37,616 nucleotides of DNA, from contig NC_068987.1 of NCBI RefSeq assembly GCF_001194135.2, positions 101,176,879 through 101,214,494 on the forward strand, written 5' to 3'. Under the pieces are notes generated by a model. It saw nothing but the letters and a program-made list of their open reading frames with translations. It was not told the DNA's origin and made no database searches. Positions 20,313 through 32,859 of the stretch are shown one piece after another. Each line of letters begins with the position of its first letter. Positions within the stretch are counted from its first letter, which is position 1. The translations under genes and the position numbers were made by a program. The DNA comes from Octopus bimaculoides. Its lineage: Eukaryota.

Positions 20313-22084
20313 GACAGACAGATGTACATACACATATACACACACATATACATACACACAAGTAGACATACGTGCAATTGCATATTTCTATGTTTTGCTT
20401 TACTAACTGCGTCTGAATACGTTTTGTGTTAGTGGTGATTTGGTATATGCATTTTTGTGTTTGTTTGCGTGTTAGTGTATGGTTATCTGCTCACTTCCTT
20501 CATAGCGAAATATGTTTTAAGATTTTTAGATATCTCCACAAATTGTTCTGTCGATGCTTTCGATAACTTTAATAGAATTATCTATTGAATCAACGTGAAT
20601 GTTCACTAATGAAATCTCAATTAAAACATGAAAAATTAAACACAACATCCTAACCAAACATAATCTTTGTTGTCAATATATTCAGTTGCCGTATTTTTTA
20701 AGAAAATTCAAAAGAACAAAGAAGATTAGATTAAGAAAAATAAAAATAAAAGAAACAGAAGACCAAAGAAGCACTAACTAAGAATTCTTAACGAAATTCC
20801 AATAATAAAGATAACTTTATTCTTTTGCCTCTGTTGCGTTTTCTTCATGAAATCCTGCTGTCTTTTAAGAAAATACAAAAGAAAAATGATATTTGTATAT
20901 TTGCACACACACACACACACATATAAATGCACATACAAGCATGTATATACNNNNNNNNNNNNNNNNNNNNNNNNNNNNNNNNNNNNNNNNNNNNNNNNNN
21001 NNNNNNNNNNNNNNNNNNNNNNNNNNNNNNNNNNNNNNNNNNNNNNNNNNNNNNNNNNNNNNNNNNNNNNNNNNNNNNNNNNNNNNNNNNNNNNNNNNNN
21101 NNNNNNNNNNNNNNNNNNNNNNNNNNNNNNNNNNNNNNNNNNNNNNNNNNNNNNNNNNNNNNNNNNNNNNNNNNNNNNNNNNNNNNNNNNNNNNNNNNNN
21201 NNNNNNNNNNNNNNNNNNNNNNNNNNNNNNNNNNNNNNNNNNNNNNNNNNNNNNNNNNNNNNNNNNNNNNNNNNNNNNNNNNNNNNNNNNNNNNNNNNNN
21301 NNNNNNNNNNNNNNNNNNNNNNNNNNNNNNNNNNNNNNNNNNNNNNNNNNNNNNNNNNNNNNNNNNNNNNNNNNNNNNNNNNNNNNNNNNNNNNNNNNNN
21401 NNNNNNNNNNNNNNNNNNNNNNNNNNNNNNNNNNNNNNNNNNNNNNNNNNNNNNNNNNNNNNNNNNNNNNNNNNNNNNNNNNNNNNNNNNNNNNNNNNNN
21501 NNNNNNNNNNNNNNNNNNNNNNNNNNNNNNNNNNNNNNNNNNNNNNNNNNNNNNNNNNNNNNNNNNNNNNNNNNNNNNNNNNNNNNNNNNNNNNNNNNNN
21601 NNNNNNNNNNNNNNNNNNNNNNNNNNNNNNNNNNNNNNNNNNNNNNNNNNNNNNNNNNNNNNNNNNNNNNNNNNNNNNNNNNNNNNNNNNNNNNNNTATA
21701 TGAATTTCATCATGTACCGATTTTTTCATATTAGCGAACAGAATTATATTTATTTCGAAACTATTCAGAAAGTTCTAAAGTTGAAGCGAACAAATTTTAT
21801 TCAATAAATTTTATTTTCAACGTCTGAGTTTCGTTGATCTCAGTTAGGATAGCAGTATTACTAACGGAATGCTTGTATTAGATGTTAGTTAATCCTGTTA
21901 TTGTTGCTGTTGTTCTTGATAGTCACTACATCACCTCATGATACTGACAAGGTTTCAAAATATATATCCTAATATTATATATTTCTTTTTATCTGAATCA
22001 TTTATATATCCCTGTGCATCAGACGCGAATTATTTTGTTCCACCTCAGTGAGCATATTTCGGCCTTCGAGGCAATTACTTTAAT

Positions 22085-22165
22085 ACATGTGTGTGCGTGT
22101 GTCTGTGTCTGTGTGTGTCTGTGCGTGTGTGTTTGCGTGTTTGAGTGTGTGTGTGTATACGCTTG

Positions 22166-22203
<38 letters not shown>

Positions 22204-22345
22204 TATATGTATAATCTGAATATATATGTGTATGTATATAATGTATGTATATGTATATACATATACATATATATGTGTGTATGTGTGTGTGTATGTATGT
22301 GTATGTATGAGTGTGTGTGTATGTGTGCGTGTGTGTATTCATATG
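22085..22345. repeat. (TG)n/(TA)n compound microsatellite
   Basis: Direct inspection. Confidence 0.93.
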
Positions 22346-24291
22346 CATAACTACCGTTGCCCAAATCTATAACTAAAACACAAAATTATTAATCTGTGTA
22401 TTAAACCAGTCTCCTGTGTTATTATAATTGCATCTACTTATTATTATTCTCGTTATTATTATGATTATTGCTGTTGTTTTTGTTGTTGTTATTTGTGTTT
22501 TTGTTAATTAGTTCATTTTGGTCTTATTTTTTTTCATACCGTCCTATTTGGGAAAAGAAAAATATTTGTGGATATTTTCTTGTGGTGTCTATTTGAGAAT
22601 GAATGAAAATAGCGTTGCAGAGGTTAACGGCCAAAATAAAAATTTTTTAAATTAATGTAATGGGTGTGAATTATTTGTGTATATCGCTGGTATTTCCGAC
22701 ATGGGCATCGTCACAAAAAGGGTTTTATATTTGTCCAATATTTTTATATCATTATGGAATGCTTAGTCCATTCTAACATAATTATATCGTTACGTGTTAT
22801 CTCAACATCTAAATTACAATTTAATCTTATTCCAGTTCATATTATTTATCTATTTCTATTTGTTTCTTAATATATATACTTTTTAACATGTTCCATATTA
22901 TTGAATTTTAGATTTTGGAATATGTATTTATACACATTTCCAGAATCAAAATTTTTATATATTTTAGTCTAATTTTAGCACTGATCTGTTGACTAGAAGC
23001 TAGAGTTTCACTGATGTAATTATGTATGGTAAACTTTCAGTTTCTGTGGAATCAGTGAGATTTATATCATAATAAAAATATAAATGTATTCCGTAAGAAA
23101 AAGTTTTATAGTATGTATGTGAGGACAAAGTTAATTTGTGTTTAGCTTGAATCATATTTTTCATTGGTTACCTTACACAGTTAGAAATATGCTGGTTAGG
23201 ATTTCAGTTAGATTATAATGAAATAAGAAATATTTCAGTAAGAAATATGTCATTTTATCCAACGCATCTTAGTATTTCTTTGAGTATCATTCCATATCTT
23301 CTAGGACAGTGTCTCGGCAGTTTTATTTCTTTTCAATACATTCAGTTCGAATTTGCAGCATGGCGTCATGAATCAACCTATAGCACATCCACAGCCAAAA
23401 ACATAGGGTGGGCCTCCTCTACACAGCCTCTGACAGACTCTTGACTGTCGACTTTGGCAGATAAATGAAGTTCCCACAGCACATAGTACCAGCATTGCTT
23501 CACCCACTTACAAATCTGAAATCTGAAACAAAATGAGCGACTTTGGAGGAAGGTACTGTACATTAGAAAGAGTGCATTAATAAAGCAAACGAGAAGAATC
23601 GTGTGTAATACCAGAAACTGGTGGAGAAGTCATGGAAAAGAGACTAGAATACGTATAACGATCATCTAGAAGTAGGTCGAAGAGGATATGCAAGGCAGTC
23701 ACTAGGCAAAGTCGTCAACCGTTTGGGCATTGTAAGAGTATTTCCTCTAGCATGTTTATAAATACTTTTCTGCCTTTCTTTGTCAACTGCACTTTGTCGT
23801 CATTTAACGTTTTTTTTTTTTCTGACATTTCAACTTTCTCCAGTCGACGACAAACTTATGCGAAACCGTTGCCATTTTGTTTAGAAATTAGAGCGGCCGC
23901 TGTTTTCGTTGAATTAATATTTCTGTTGGTGGTAGTGGTAGCGATGGTGGTGGTGGTGGTGGTGGTGGTCTTAGGACGGTGGTGAAGGTCGTGCTTGTAT
24001 CATTTTAAATTTTATCCTGCTCATCACTGCTCACTGCTGCTACTTGGGTTGCAATTGCTGTTTTTGTTTGTTTGTTGGTTTTTTGCTTTTGTGATTTGTC
24101 TCTCGAATATATCAATTAACATGTAGAAAATAATGTCATAATCGTTGTTCCATCTTTTTTTTCTACAAATTGGGAAGCCATACTGTTATTTATATTTTGA
24201 AATATGAAATTTAAAATTTAAAACCTCAAAATTCGCCTTTAAATAGCGAACTCCTCACAAAATCAACCCGCTGTAAGTTAAGTGACTAGAG

Positions 24292-24582
24292 TAACTGATA
24301 TACCAATAGTTGTAGGGACACACGGAGCACTAAAAATCAAGTTTGAGAAATATGTCGGAGAAATTGGAATTGACGTGAGAGCAGAGCAGGTTCAAAAACT
24401 GCTCTGTTAGGGACTACTAGGAATGTGAGATTGGTTCTTGGGTGTTGAGTGTCATCTAAGATAATCTATCATCCAGGAACCGAAGCTTATAATTTGCGGA
24501 AATTTGCGAAACCTCTCACACGATATTGTTGTCTGTTCTCACAAAATCAACCATAGCACGTAAGCCTGAGGACTCTGAGAAG

Positions 24583-24583
<1 letters not shown>
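24292..24583 (+). mobile_element. R4/Dong-clade non-LTR retrotransposon 3' fragment no. 1
   Basis: Encodes DIPIVVGTHGALKIKFEKYVGEIGIDVRAEQVQ(K/T)ALLGTTRNVRLVLG (end of restriction-like endonuclease domain, one frameshift), then 3' UTR and (AAT)n. Confidence 0.7.
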
Positions 24584-24633
<50 letters not shown>

Positions 24634-24646
24634 CATAATAATGATT

Positions 24647-24856
24647 CTTTCTACTATAGGCATAAAACCTGAAATTTTGGGGAGGGGCAAATCGATCACA
24701 TCAACCTCAGTACTTGATTGGTAGTTAATTTATCGACCCCAAAAGAATAATAGGCAAAGTCGACCTCGGCGGAATTTGAACACAGGACGTAAAGACGGAC
24801 GAAATACCGCAAAGCATTTTTCTCGGCATGTTAACCATTCTGCCAGCTTGCCACCT
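24647..24856 (-). mobile_element. SINE family A inserted in an (AAT)n array
   Basis: aaagtcgacctcggcggaatttgaac...gaaataccgcaaagcatttt; 8-bp flanking repeat taatgatt at 24639-24646 and 24857-24864. Confidence 0.9.
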
Positions 24857-24864
24857 TAATGATT

Positions 24865-24865
<1 letters not shown>

Positions 24866-24905
<40 letters not shown>

Positions 24906-24956
24906 TATAATAATAACAATAATAATAATAATAATAATAATAATTATAATAATAAC

Positions 24957-25028
<72 letters not shown>

Positions 25029-25177
25029 TATAATAATAACAATAATAATAATAACAATAATAATAATAATAATAATAATTATAATAATAACAATAATAAT
25101 AATAATAATTATAATAATAATAATAACAACAACAACAACAACAACAACAATAATAATAATAATAATAATAATAATAA
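24866..25177. repeat. Long (AAT)n array with AAC/TAT variant units
   Basis: Direct inspection. Confidence 0.98.
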
Positions 25178-25992
25178 CGCAAGAAGGGTTTACACAATAA
25201 ATTCCATGTAGTCACAACATAAGTTGCTGGGGAAAATAGGTGGGACTGGTTGATGAAAGGAACGCTAAAAAAGAGACTTAGTGTACTATACTTGGCAGCC
25301 CAAGACCAGGCTTTGGCCACGAAATGGAGGGCAACCGTAGGAATGAGCAAGTGCCTTCACTGTGCCGCATCTGCAATACAGTAGCTGAAGCCATTGCTCA
25401 TATTACGAACAAATGCCCTAGACTTACCCAAAAACCCATACAAGTTGTGGCAACACGAACCAAGTAGCGAAAGTGCTACATTGAAAAATGTACGAAAAGT
25501 GGGGGCTAGAGAGAGAGGCAAGACGTGATATGAGTCGGAGACTAGCAAAGTCCTCTGGGATTTCCCAATCCAAAGAGATCAGGTGCTAGAGCGTAACAGA
25601 CCGGACAATGTGGTGGACAAGGTGGACTACATATACTATGTAGTTGATGTTGGATGCTATTTTGATCCACGAATAGTCAAGAAGGAAGGCAGAAAGATAA
25701 ATAGATACAACCCTGTTAAGTACGAAATAGCACGGCTATGGAAAATGAAGATGAAGATAATGCTATTTATTGTTTGGTCCTTGGGAACAGTATCAGAAGA
25801 TATCAAATGGAATAGAGATGAAATTTAAACAGAGGGCCCAGTAGAACTGTTACAAAAGATTTACCTCCTTGGCACGGCTAGTATAATCAGGAAAGTATTA
25901 GTTAGCCGAAAAAAAACCCGAATAGGCTGCAGGTAGTAAGCTCACAACGCATGCAAGAGTCCAGGAGCTCCAGCAAAACCGGTAACAAAGAG
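25178..25992 (+). mobile_element. R4/Dong-clade 5'-truncated copy no. 2 (CCHC knuckle plus RLE), decayed
   Basis: KGLHNKF...AAQDQALAT...CRICNTVAEAIAHITNKC (C-X2-C-X8-H-X4-C, 25363-25416)...KVLWDFPIQRDQVLERNRPD...VDV...KKEGRKINRY...EIARLW; (AAT)n on both sides. Confidence 0.9.
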
Positions 25993-26268
25993 ATAATAAT
26001 AATAATAATAATAATAATANNNNNNNNNNNNNNNNNNNNNNNNNNNNNNNNNNNNNNNNNNNNNNNNNNNNNNNNNNNNNNNNNNNNNNNNNNNNNNNNN
26101 NNNNNNNNNNNNNNNNNNNNNNNNNNNNNNNNNNNNNNNNNNNNNNNNNNNNNNNNNNNNNNNNNNNNNNNNNNNNNNNNNNNNNNNNNNNNNNNNNNNN
26201 NNNNNNNNNNNNNNNNNNNNNNNNNNNNNNNNNNNNNNNNNNNNNNNNNNNNNNNNNNNNNNNNNNNN

Positions 26269-26446
26269 GCAAACACATAATTTTCTTATGGTTTCTTAAA
26301 CATTCACTTGAACAAAACTGTACAAATCCAAATATATGGTACCCTAGGCATAACACCTACATGAACTTCTAACTTGTTGTCTCTTGAGGTCTCTGGGTGA
26401 GACTTGGATCCAACTTGTACAAATGCAAAACAAAAGTCAAACATAA
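26269..26446 (+). mobile_element. Probable 3' UTR of another R4/Dong-type copy (no. 3)
   Basis: Non-coding segment ending directly in (AAT)n like its neighbours; tgaggtctctg resembles tgaggactctg in copy no. 1; 5' side lost in the gap. Confidence 0.4.
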
Positions 26447-26531
<85 letters not shown>

Positions 26532-26540
26532 GTGAAATAT

Positions 26541-26753
26541 TCTTTCTGCTATAGGCACAAGGCCGGTTATTTGTGGGGAGGGGGACTAGTCTATTACATC
26601 AACTCTAATGTTTCACTGGTATTTAATTTATCGACCCCGAAAGTATGAAAGGCAAAGTCGACCTTGGCAGAATTTTAACCCAGAACTTAACTGCAAACGA
26701 AATGCCGCTAAGGATTGAGCCCGGTGTTGTAATGATTCTGCCAGCTCGCTGCC
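26541..26753 (-). mobile_element. SINE family A, full length
   Basis: tatcgaccccgaaagtatgaaaggcaaagtcgacc...gaaatgccgctaag...ctgccagctcgctgcc. Confidence 0.9.
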
Positions 26754-26784
26754 TCAGTGATGATAATAATAATAACAACAATAG

Positions 26785-27018
26785 GGCGGTGAACTGGCAG
26801 AACCGTTAGCACGCCGGGCAAAGGCGAAGTGCATAGCGGTAATTCAACTGCCGTTACGTTCTGAGTTCAAATTCCGCCGATGTTGAGTTTGCCTTTCATC
26901 CCTTCGGGGTCGATTAAATAAGTTCTAGTTACGCTCTGGGGTCTATGTAAGCGACTTAATCCCTTTGTGTGTCCTTGTTTGTCCCCGCTATGTTTAGCCA
27001 CCTGTGGGCAATAAAGAA

Positions 27019-27020
<2 letters not shown>
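26785..27020 (+). mobile_element. SINE family A, full length (same long tail variant as 9912-10142)
   Basis: ggcggtgaactggcagaaccgttagcacgccggg...gagttcaaattccgccga...gtccttgtttgtcccc...gtgggcaataaagaaat. Confidence 0.92.
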
Positions 27021-27103
<83 letters not shown>

Positions 27104-27105
<2 letters not shown>

Positions 27106-27433
27106 GAAATGGAAAAACTTTCAAAATACAAAGACCTGGAAATAGAGATAACTCGAATGTGGAATCTAAAAACAGAAACAATTCCTATCATAGTAGGTGC
27201 CTTAGGTATAATAAAAAATTATTCAGACAAATACATAACAAAAACACCAAGACTTACAAATATATATAACATACAGAAAATTGCACTACTGGGTACTGCA
27301 CACATTCTACGCAAAACACTTTCAATACAGTAAACATAAGAGCACCACAGCAAACCACAGCACATACCCAAGGCGCACAGAGCTGCGCTCGGTAGTGAAG
27401 TGAAAGCACGTTATAAAAATAAAACTACTGAAC
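27104..27433 (+). mobile_element. R4/Dong-clade short 5'-truncated copy no. 4, uninterrupted frame
   Basis: KEMEKLSKYKDLEIEITRMWNLKTETIPIIVGALGIIK...IQKIALLGTAHILRKTLSIQ*, then 3' UTR; (AAT)n on both sides. Confidence 0.9.
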
Positions 27434-27466
27434 AATAATAATAATAATAATAATAATAATGATGAT

Positions 27467-29197
27467 GGGGAAAGGAACCAACTAGATAGTGAATGCCCCA
27501 GAAGAAAAAACACCATGAATATAAAAAGGTTAGATATGAGTATGATAAATAAAACAAAAGATAAATACTGTTATACCATACATCCAGAGGGAGGACATAA
27601 CACAAACAAGGAATCTTCTCCGGGCTATTGCGCTACTTGAGGAGAAATTACAACTTAAGAGAACAAAAAATGGTGGAGCAAAAAACCATGGTGGAAACGA
27701 AGCAATGAAAGGAATATAATGCGGGCAATGCAAGATCTAGGTAAAATTGAGCAATGGTTAAGAGGAAAGTGGAAAAATAGGAAAAAGACCGACCGAGAAA
27801 AATTAAAGAAATATTAAAATACGTAATGGGTTTGATGCAGTAATAGAGCAGTTAAAACAGAGGATCATGGCAAAAAGCGAGAAGATCAGAAGATATGTGA
27901 ACAGAAAGAAGCAGTCCGAGAACAGATTGTTCAAAAATAACCCGAAGCAAGTCTTCCGAACGTTAGAAGGAGACCATGGGGAAAATGTTGCTCCGAATGC
28001 AAATCAAGCCAAGGAGTTCTGGAGCGGATTATGGGGAAACAGTGTGGTGCATAAAATGGATGCAATGTGGATAGGAACTATCAAGACAGAATTACAAGGA
28101 GGAAAAAAAAAACAAAGGAATATTGTTATAAGCATGAGTGATGTGAAAGAACAAGTGGGTAAAGGATGGAGGAAGAGTTATCAGGGTACCAAGGATCACC
28201 TGGTCATCAATAAAACACTTTTGAGGCATTGTAAAACACATCATACAAACATGTTTATGGTTTAGATTGGCTTTAAGAATGCATATTATACGATGCCTCA
28301 TTCTGGGATCATTGAATGCCTGCAGATGTTAGGTGTTACTGACAACATCACAAATTTTCTGATGCATAGCATGAAAAAGTATATTCCTTGGAGAAGTTAA
28401 TATTAAAAGGGGAATCTTCCAAGGTGATTCGTTCTGTCCGTTAGTTTTTGTAATTGCACTAGTACCCATAACAATGACACTTTGGAAAGTTAAGATGGGT
28501 TACCGATGTGGGAAGAAAGGACCATCATTGAACCATCTTCTGTTTATGAATGACCTGAAATTGTTTGGGAAATCTGAAAATCATTTAGATTCCTTAACCA
28601 AAATAGTCCAGAAATGTGGTAGGAACATCAGTATAGAATTTGGGGTTACCAAATGCTCAGTACTTAATACGAAAAGAAACAAGAAAGCAGCCGGCAGAGA
28701 GTTACGGTTACCATCAGGAGAGACCATGGTTGAAATCGACAGTTATGGATTTAGGGATTTTGGAACTGGATGACATTCTACACAGAGAAATGAAAGTCAA
28801 GGTCAGCGAAGCGTATCAAAACAGGATGAAGATAGTATTGAAATCCAACCTGTATGCCAAAATTTTGATTACCGGAAAGAATATCTGGGCAGTTGCGGTG
28901 ATTAGATATATTGCGTCCATCCTCAAATGGACTAAGGGGAAAATATCAATACTGGATAAAAGGACAAGAAAATCGATGACACTATATGGGGTACTACACC
29001 ATAAAGCAAACGTAAACAGGCTGTATATGAAAAGAAATAATGGTAGCAGAGGACTAATTAGTGTAGACCATACTATAAGGAGTGAAAGGAGAACGCTTAC
29101 CGAGTATTTGATGAATAGTGATGAAGACCTGCTGAAATATGCCGCGAAAGATATGGGTGTAAGTACAGATGAAGTGATGGGCAAGGAAGACTTCAAC
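27467..29197 (+). mobile_element. R4/Dong-clade fragment no. 5 (RT domain), frameshifted and internally deleted
   Basis: ENRLFKNNPKQVFR..PNANQAKEFWSGLWG; KGWRKSYQGTKDHLVINK; RGIFQGDSFCPLVF; NHLLFMNDLKLF (YMDD to FMND); LDKRTRK..YGVLHHKANVNRLYMKR..GSRGLISV; starts right after (AAT)n. Confidence 0.9.
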
Positions 29198-30220
29198 CAA
29201 GGAGCTGAAGTTATTGCTCAGATTTTAATTATCAGGTGAACTGGGATCAACCATCAACCAGACATATAATCAAAGGCATCCTACCATGCCTACTACGTCA
29301 CCGTTCGCTACACTGTCTGTCTATGATTATATCTTTCAATGAAACGTTATTTTGTTTAAAAGGTAAACTTCGATTTGAGGGTGATGTGGAAGTTAATTGT
29401 TGCAGGTAGAAAAATCGAGCAAATGACTTTTAATTTTTCGTACATCTTAATGCATAATTGAACTGAATATTGCAAAAACCAACAAAGATTCACATGTTGC
29501 TTGAAAGACGATATTCAGCAGAATAAGAAAAGGAAGCGAAAGCCCATATGAAAAATGCTAAGCATATAAGATTTTCTAATTCCTGTAACTAACATGAAAA
29601 ATATCAGAATATTCTACAAATAGGTTTGGCCAAAGAAACAAGAAAAAAAACAGTGGTGGCAGTGGCAGCAACAGTAGCAGTAGCAGCAGCTATTGTAGTA
29701 GTAGAGTTGAGTGATATATTATTTTTTTTTATATATATTTTTTTTTTGTGTGTGTTTTCCGTGTGTGTAATTATAATTATGACCTTACCGGAACTTGAAG
29801 GCAGACTTTGCATTTCATTCGACCGGTATCGATAAAATGAAACGTTGTCAACGAAACCTATGTTCAATTAAATCGAATATACTATATTCCTACTCCGCAA
29901 ATTACGGATCATGTGGCAAAGTTTAAAATCGATTTTAGAACTAAAGTGTTTCTCACCGTTTTTAGGGGCATTATCAGAAAATATTTAGAACCAAAATAGA
30001 AACAAGCACAAAAACGAAACACAGAGCTGACGTATGTTCTATGCATGGGAATTATTTTTTTGTTTTAGTGATATATGTGCTATTTTATTTGCCTGTTTTT
30101 TTCTTTTTTTAATTTTGTTCGATTAGTTTACTATATTTCTCTTCCTATTTTTCTTTATCTCGTTTTGCATAATGAATCTCTAATTAGAACTTTAGGATGA
30201 GAAATATTATCCAATATCAG

Positions 30221-30221
<1 letters not shown>

Positions 30222-30302
<81 letters not shown>

Positions 30303-30422
30303 GTGCACGCACACACAAGCAGACGCTCACACACTAACATACATATACACACAAACACAGAAAAATCAACAGTTCTGTTCCTGATACGACTAATAACAAT
30401 AATAATAATAATGATAATAATG

Positions 30423-30459
<37 letters not shown>

Positions 30460-30495
30460 TAATAATAATGATAATAATAATAATAACAACAATGA
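30222..30495. repeat. (CA)n at 30222-30300 and (AAT)n at about 30395-30490
   Basis: Direct inspection. Confidence 0.96.
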
Positions 30496-31244
30496 TTACC
30501 GCTATTGTTGTTGTTATAGTAACACTAATAATGAATATCTCTCGCAAAAACAACAAAAATATCATGATATTAACATGATATATACTCAAATTGAAAATAG
30601 TGTTGTGTACCAGAATCATTTAAATAAGAATGCAGCAAGAATGGTGACATAGAAACTTTCTTTCGTTAAATTATATACCATTGTTTTGAAAGATTATCGG
30701 GAAATTCTCACATAATTGATCCTCTTAAACTATAGACCATTATTTAGGGGGAAAAAAATGGAAAGAACTTGCATACACACATGCAAATTGCAAATAGCCA
30801 TACATATAAATATATGTAGATACTCATACATATACACATATTTATTGATATACAATATATATATATATATATAAATGTGTGTGTGTGTGTGTGTGTGTAT
30901 GTGTGTGTGTGTGTATTATATTGATGCGTAGAAATGCATGAATATATACATATATTTATATGCATGGATATATGAGTGTATGCATGGATATATGAGTGTA
31001 TGCATGGATGTATACATACACATTCATACGTACATACATACGTGTACATGTGTATGCATGCATGTATGTGTAGTCCAAAGCTGATGATGGCGGTAATGAT
31101 ACTGACAATGCTGTTTATAGTAATGATTGGCAGAAGGCTTTTTACAATACGCCTCAAACCTTGTATTTGTATAGGAAAGGTAATTATTTGAAAAAAAAAA
31201 AAGCTAAATTAAATTGATTATAGTAACCGCTATCAAAATGAGGA

Positions 31245-31587
31245 TGCTGCTGCAGTTGTTGTTGTTGATGACCATGATGATGATGATGATGATGATGACG
31301 TTGGTGATGATGGTGATGACGATGATGACGACGACGACGATGACGACGTCGACAGATAACGTTGTTGATGATGACGATGATGACGACAACGACGAGTGTG
31401 ATGATGGTGATGATGAGCAGGAGGAGGAGGAGAAGGAGGAAGAGAATGATGATGATGATTATCACGACGACGACGACGAAGACGACGACGACGACGGCGG
31501 CGATGATGATGATGATGATGACGATGATGATGGTGCTGGTGGCGGTGATGATGGTGATGATGACGATGGTGGTGATGACGATGATGG

Positions 31588-31655
<68 letters not shown>

Positions 31656-31865
31656 ATGATGGTGGTGGTGGTGGTGGTGGTGGTGATGACAACAATGGTA
31701 GTTGTAGTATCGAGGTTGATAAAGGTGATGTTGGTGGAGAAAGGTAAAAATGGGAATATAGTTTGAAAACGACGCGGTTGAAAGTATGTGCTTACGAAAG
31801 TACGACCAGCAGCACCACCACCTCTAGTACCAATACCAACACCACCACATCGGCTTCTGCTGATT
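31245..31865. repeat. Trinucleotide low-complexity tract (GAT/GAC/GAG/GGT/CAC)
   Basis: Long gatgatgat and ggtggt runs; source of poly-D/G/H/M/I ORFs in several frames. Confidence 0.93.
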
Positions 31866-32164
31866 CTGCTGGTTCTGCAGTTATTGTTGTTATAGAACGT
31901 GAGAAGAAATACGAAGAGGAATATTATAAAAAATATAGGAAATAAAGGAAGAAGATAGTGAATAAAATATAACAATTAGTTAACCCATCTACATATATTT
32001 GTAGGTATCTTTCTATCCATCAATCTCGCTACATCTGTCTATTTATCTATAGATATTTACATACACTAGCCGTCGAGTGCTCATCATTGACAAGACCAAA
32101 CAAGGTCGAAAGGTGCTGGAGGTTGCAGGGATTAATGTCCTCACTAGCGAGCGATATAAACAAG

Positions 32165-32331
32165 GGACGTTTCTTCAGACTTTACGCTCTGAGTTCAGAT
32201 GCCATAGGGATCGACGTTGCCTTTCATCCTTTTGGAGGTCGATAAAAGAATTACCCACCAACCACGGGGATCGATGTAATTTACTTACCCAATCCTCCGA
32301 AATTTCAGGCCTTGTGACGATAATAGAAAGA
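32165..32331 (+). mobile_element. SINE family A, degraded
   Basis: tacgctctgagttcagatgcc...gttgcctttcatccttttggaggtcgataaa...gaaatttcaggccttgtg...atagaaagaaat. Confidence 0.75.
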
Positions 32332-32348
32332 AATGGATTGCGCTTAAA

Positions 32349-32556
32349 GGTAGCGAGCTAGGCAGAATCGTTAGGAAGCCGGACAAAATGCTTAGCATCA
32401 TTTCATTCGTTTTTACGTTCTCAGTTCAAATTTTGCCGAGGTCAACTTTGCCTTTCATCCTTTTGGAGTTCATAAAATAAGTACCAGTTGGGCATTAGGG
32501 TCGATGCGATCGACTCAACCCTCATCCGATTTGCTAGCCTTGTGCCAAATTGAAAT
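32349..32556 (+). mobile_element. SINE family A, near full length, tandem to the previous copy
   Basis: ggtagcgagctaggcagaatcgttag...cagttcaaattttgccgaggtcaactttgcctttcatcc...ccttgtgccaaattgaaa. Confidence 0.87.
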
Positions 32557-32859
32557 CAAAAGTATATTAAGTTTTTACCTCTATTGTGTTTTACATTTAT
32601 TTAATTTCATTATTTTGTCGCATATGTCCAAAATATTGATTGTGACTTAGAGTTTGGATTGGTGGTCACATCTATAGACAGTAAATGATATCTCTGGCAC
32701 TAGTTCAAATTCCAGGAGTCAATCATAAATGATAAAGAGGAAAGATCAGAAATTCTTTTGAGAGCCTCAGAGACAATGGTTACCGTAACTAAACTTAAGC
32801 AGATAATGGTGAGATAGAAACACAGTTCTGCATACATTGAGAGGCTCTATTTTTTTGTA

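Noticed and set aside
23340-23565. Possible exons on either strand (ICKWVKQCWYY..., or a 44-nt minus exon ending in GTAAGT)
   Set aside because: Alternative readings are mutually incompatible, with stops in all plus frames and no recognisable protein.
24828-25350. Poly-N/I/Y ORFs
   Set aside because: They are (AAT)n translations.
30960-31009. 20-bp tandem atgcatggatatatgagtgt x2.5
   Set aside because: An ordinary slippage product within a TATG-rich tract.
31184-31975. 263-aa and 177-aa ORFs with poly-H/Q/I/D/G
   Set aside because: Pure trinucleotide repeats are open in several frames on both strands; there is no domain or splice support.
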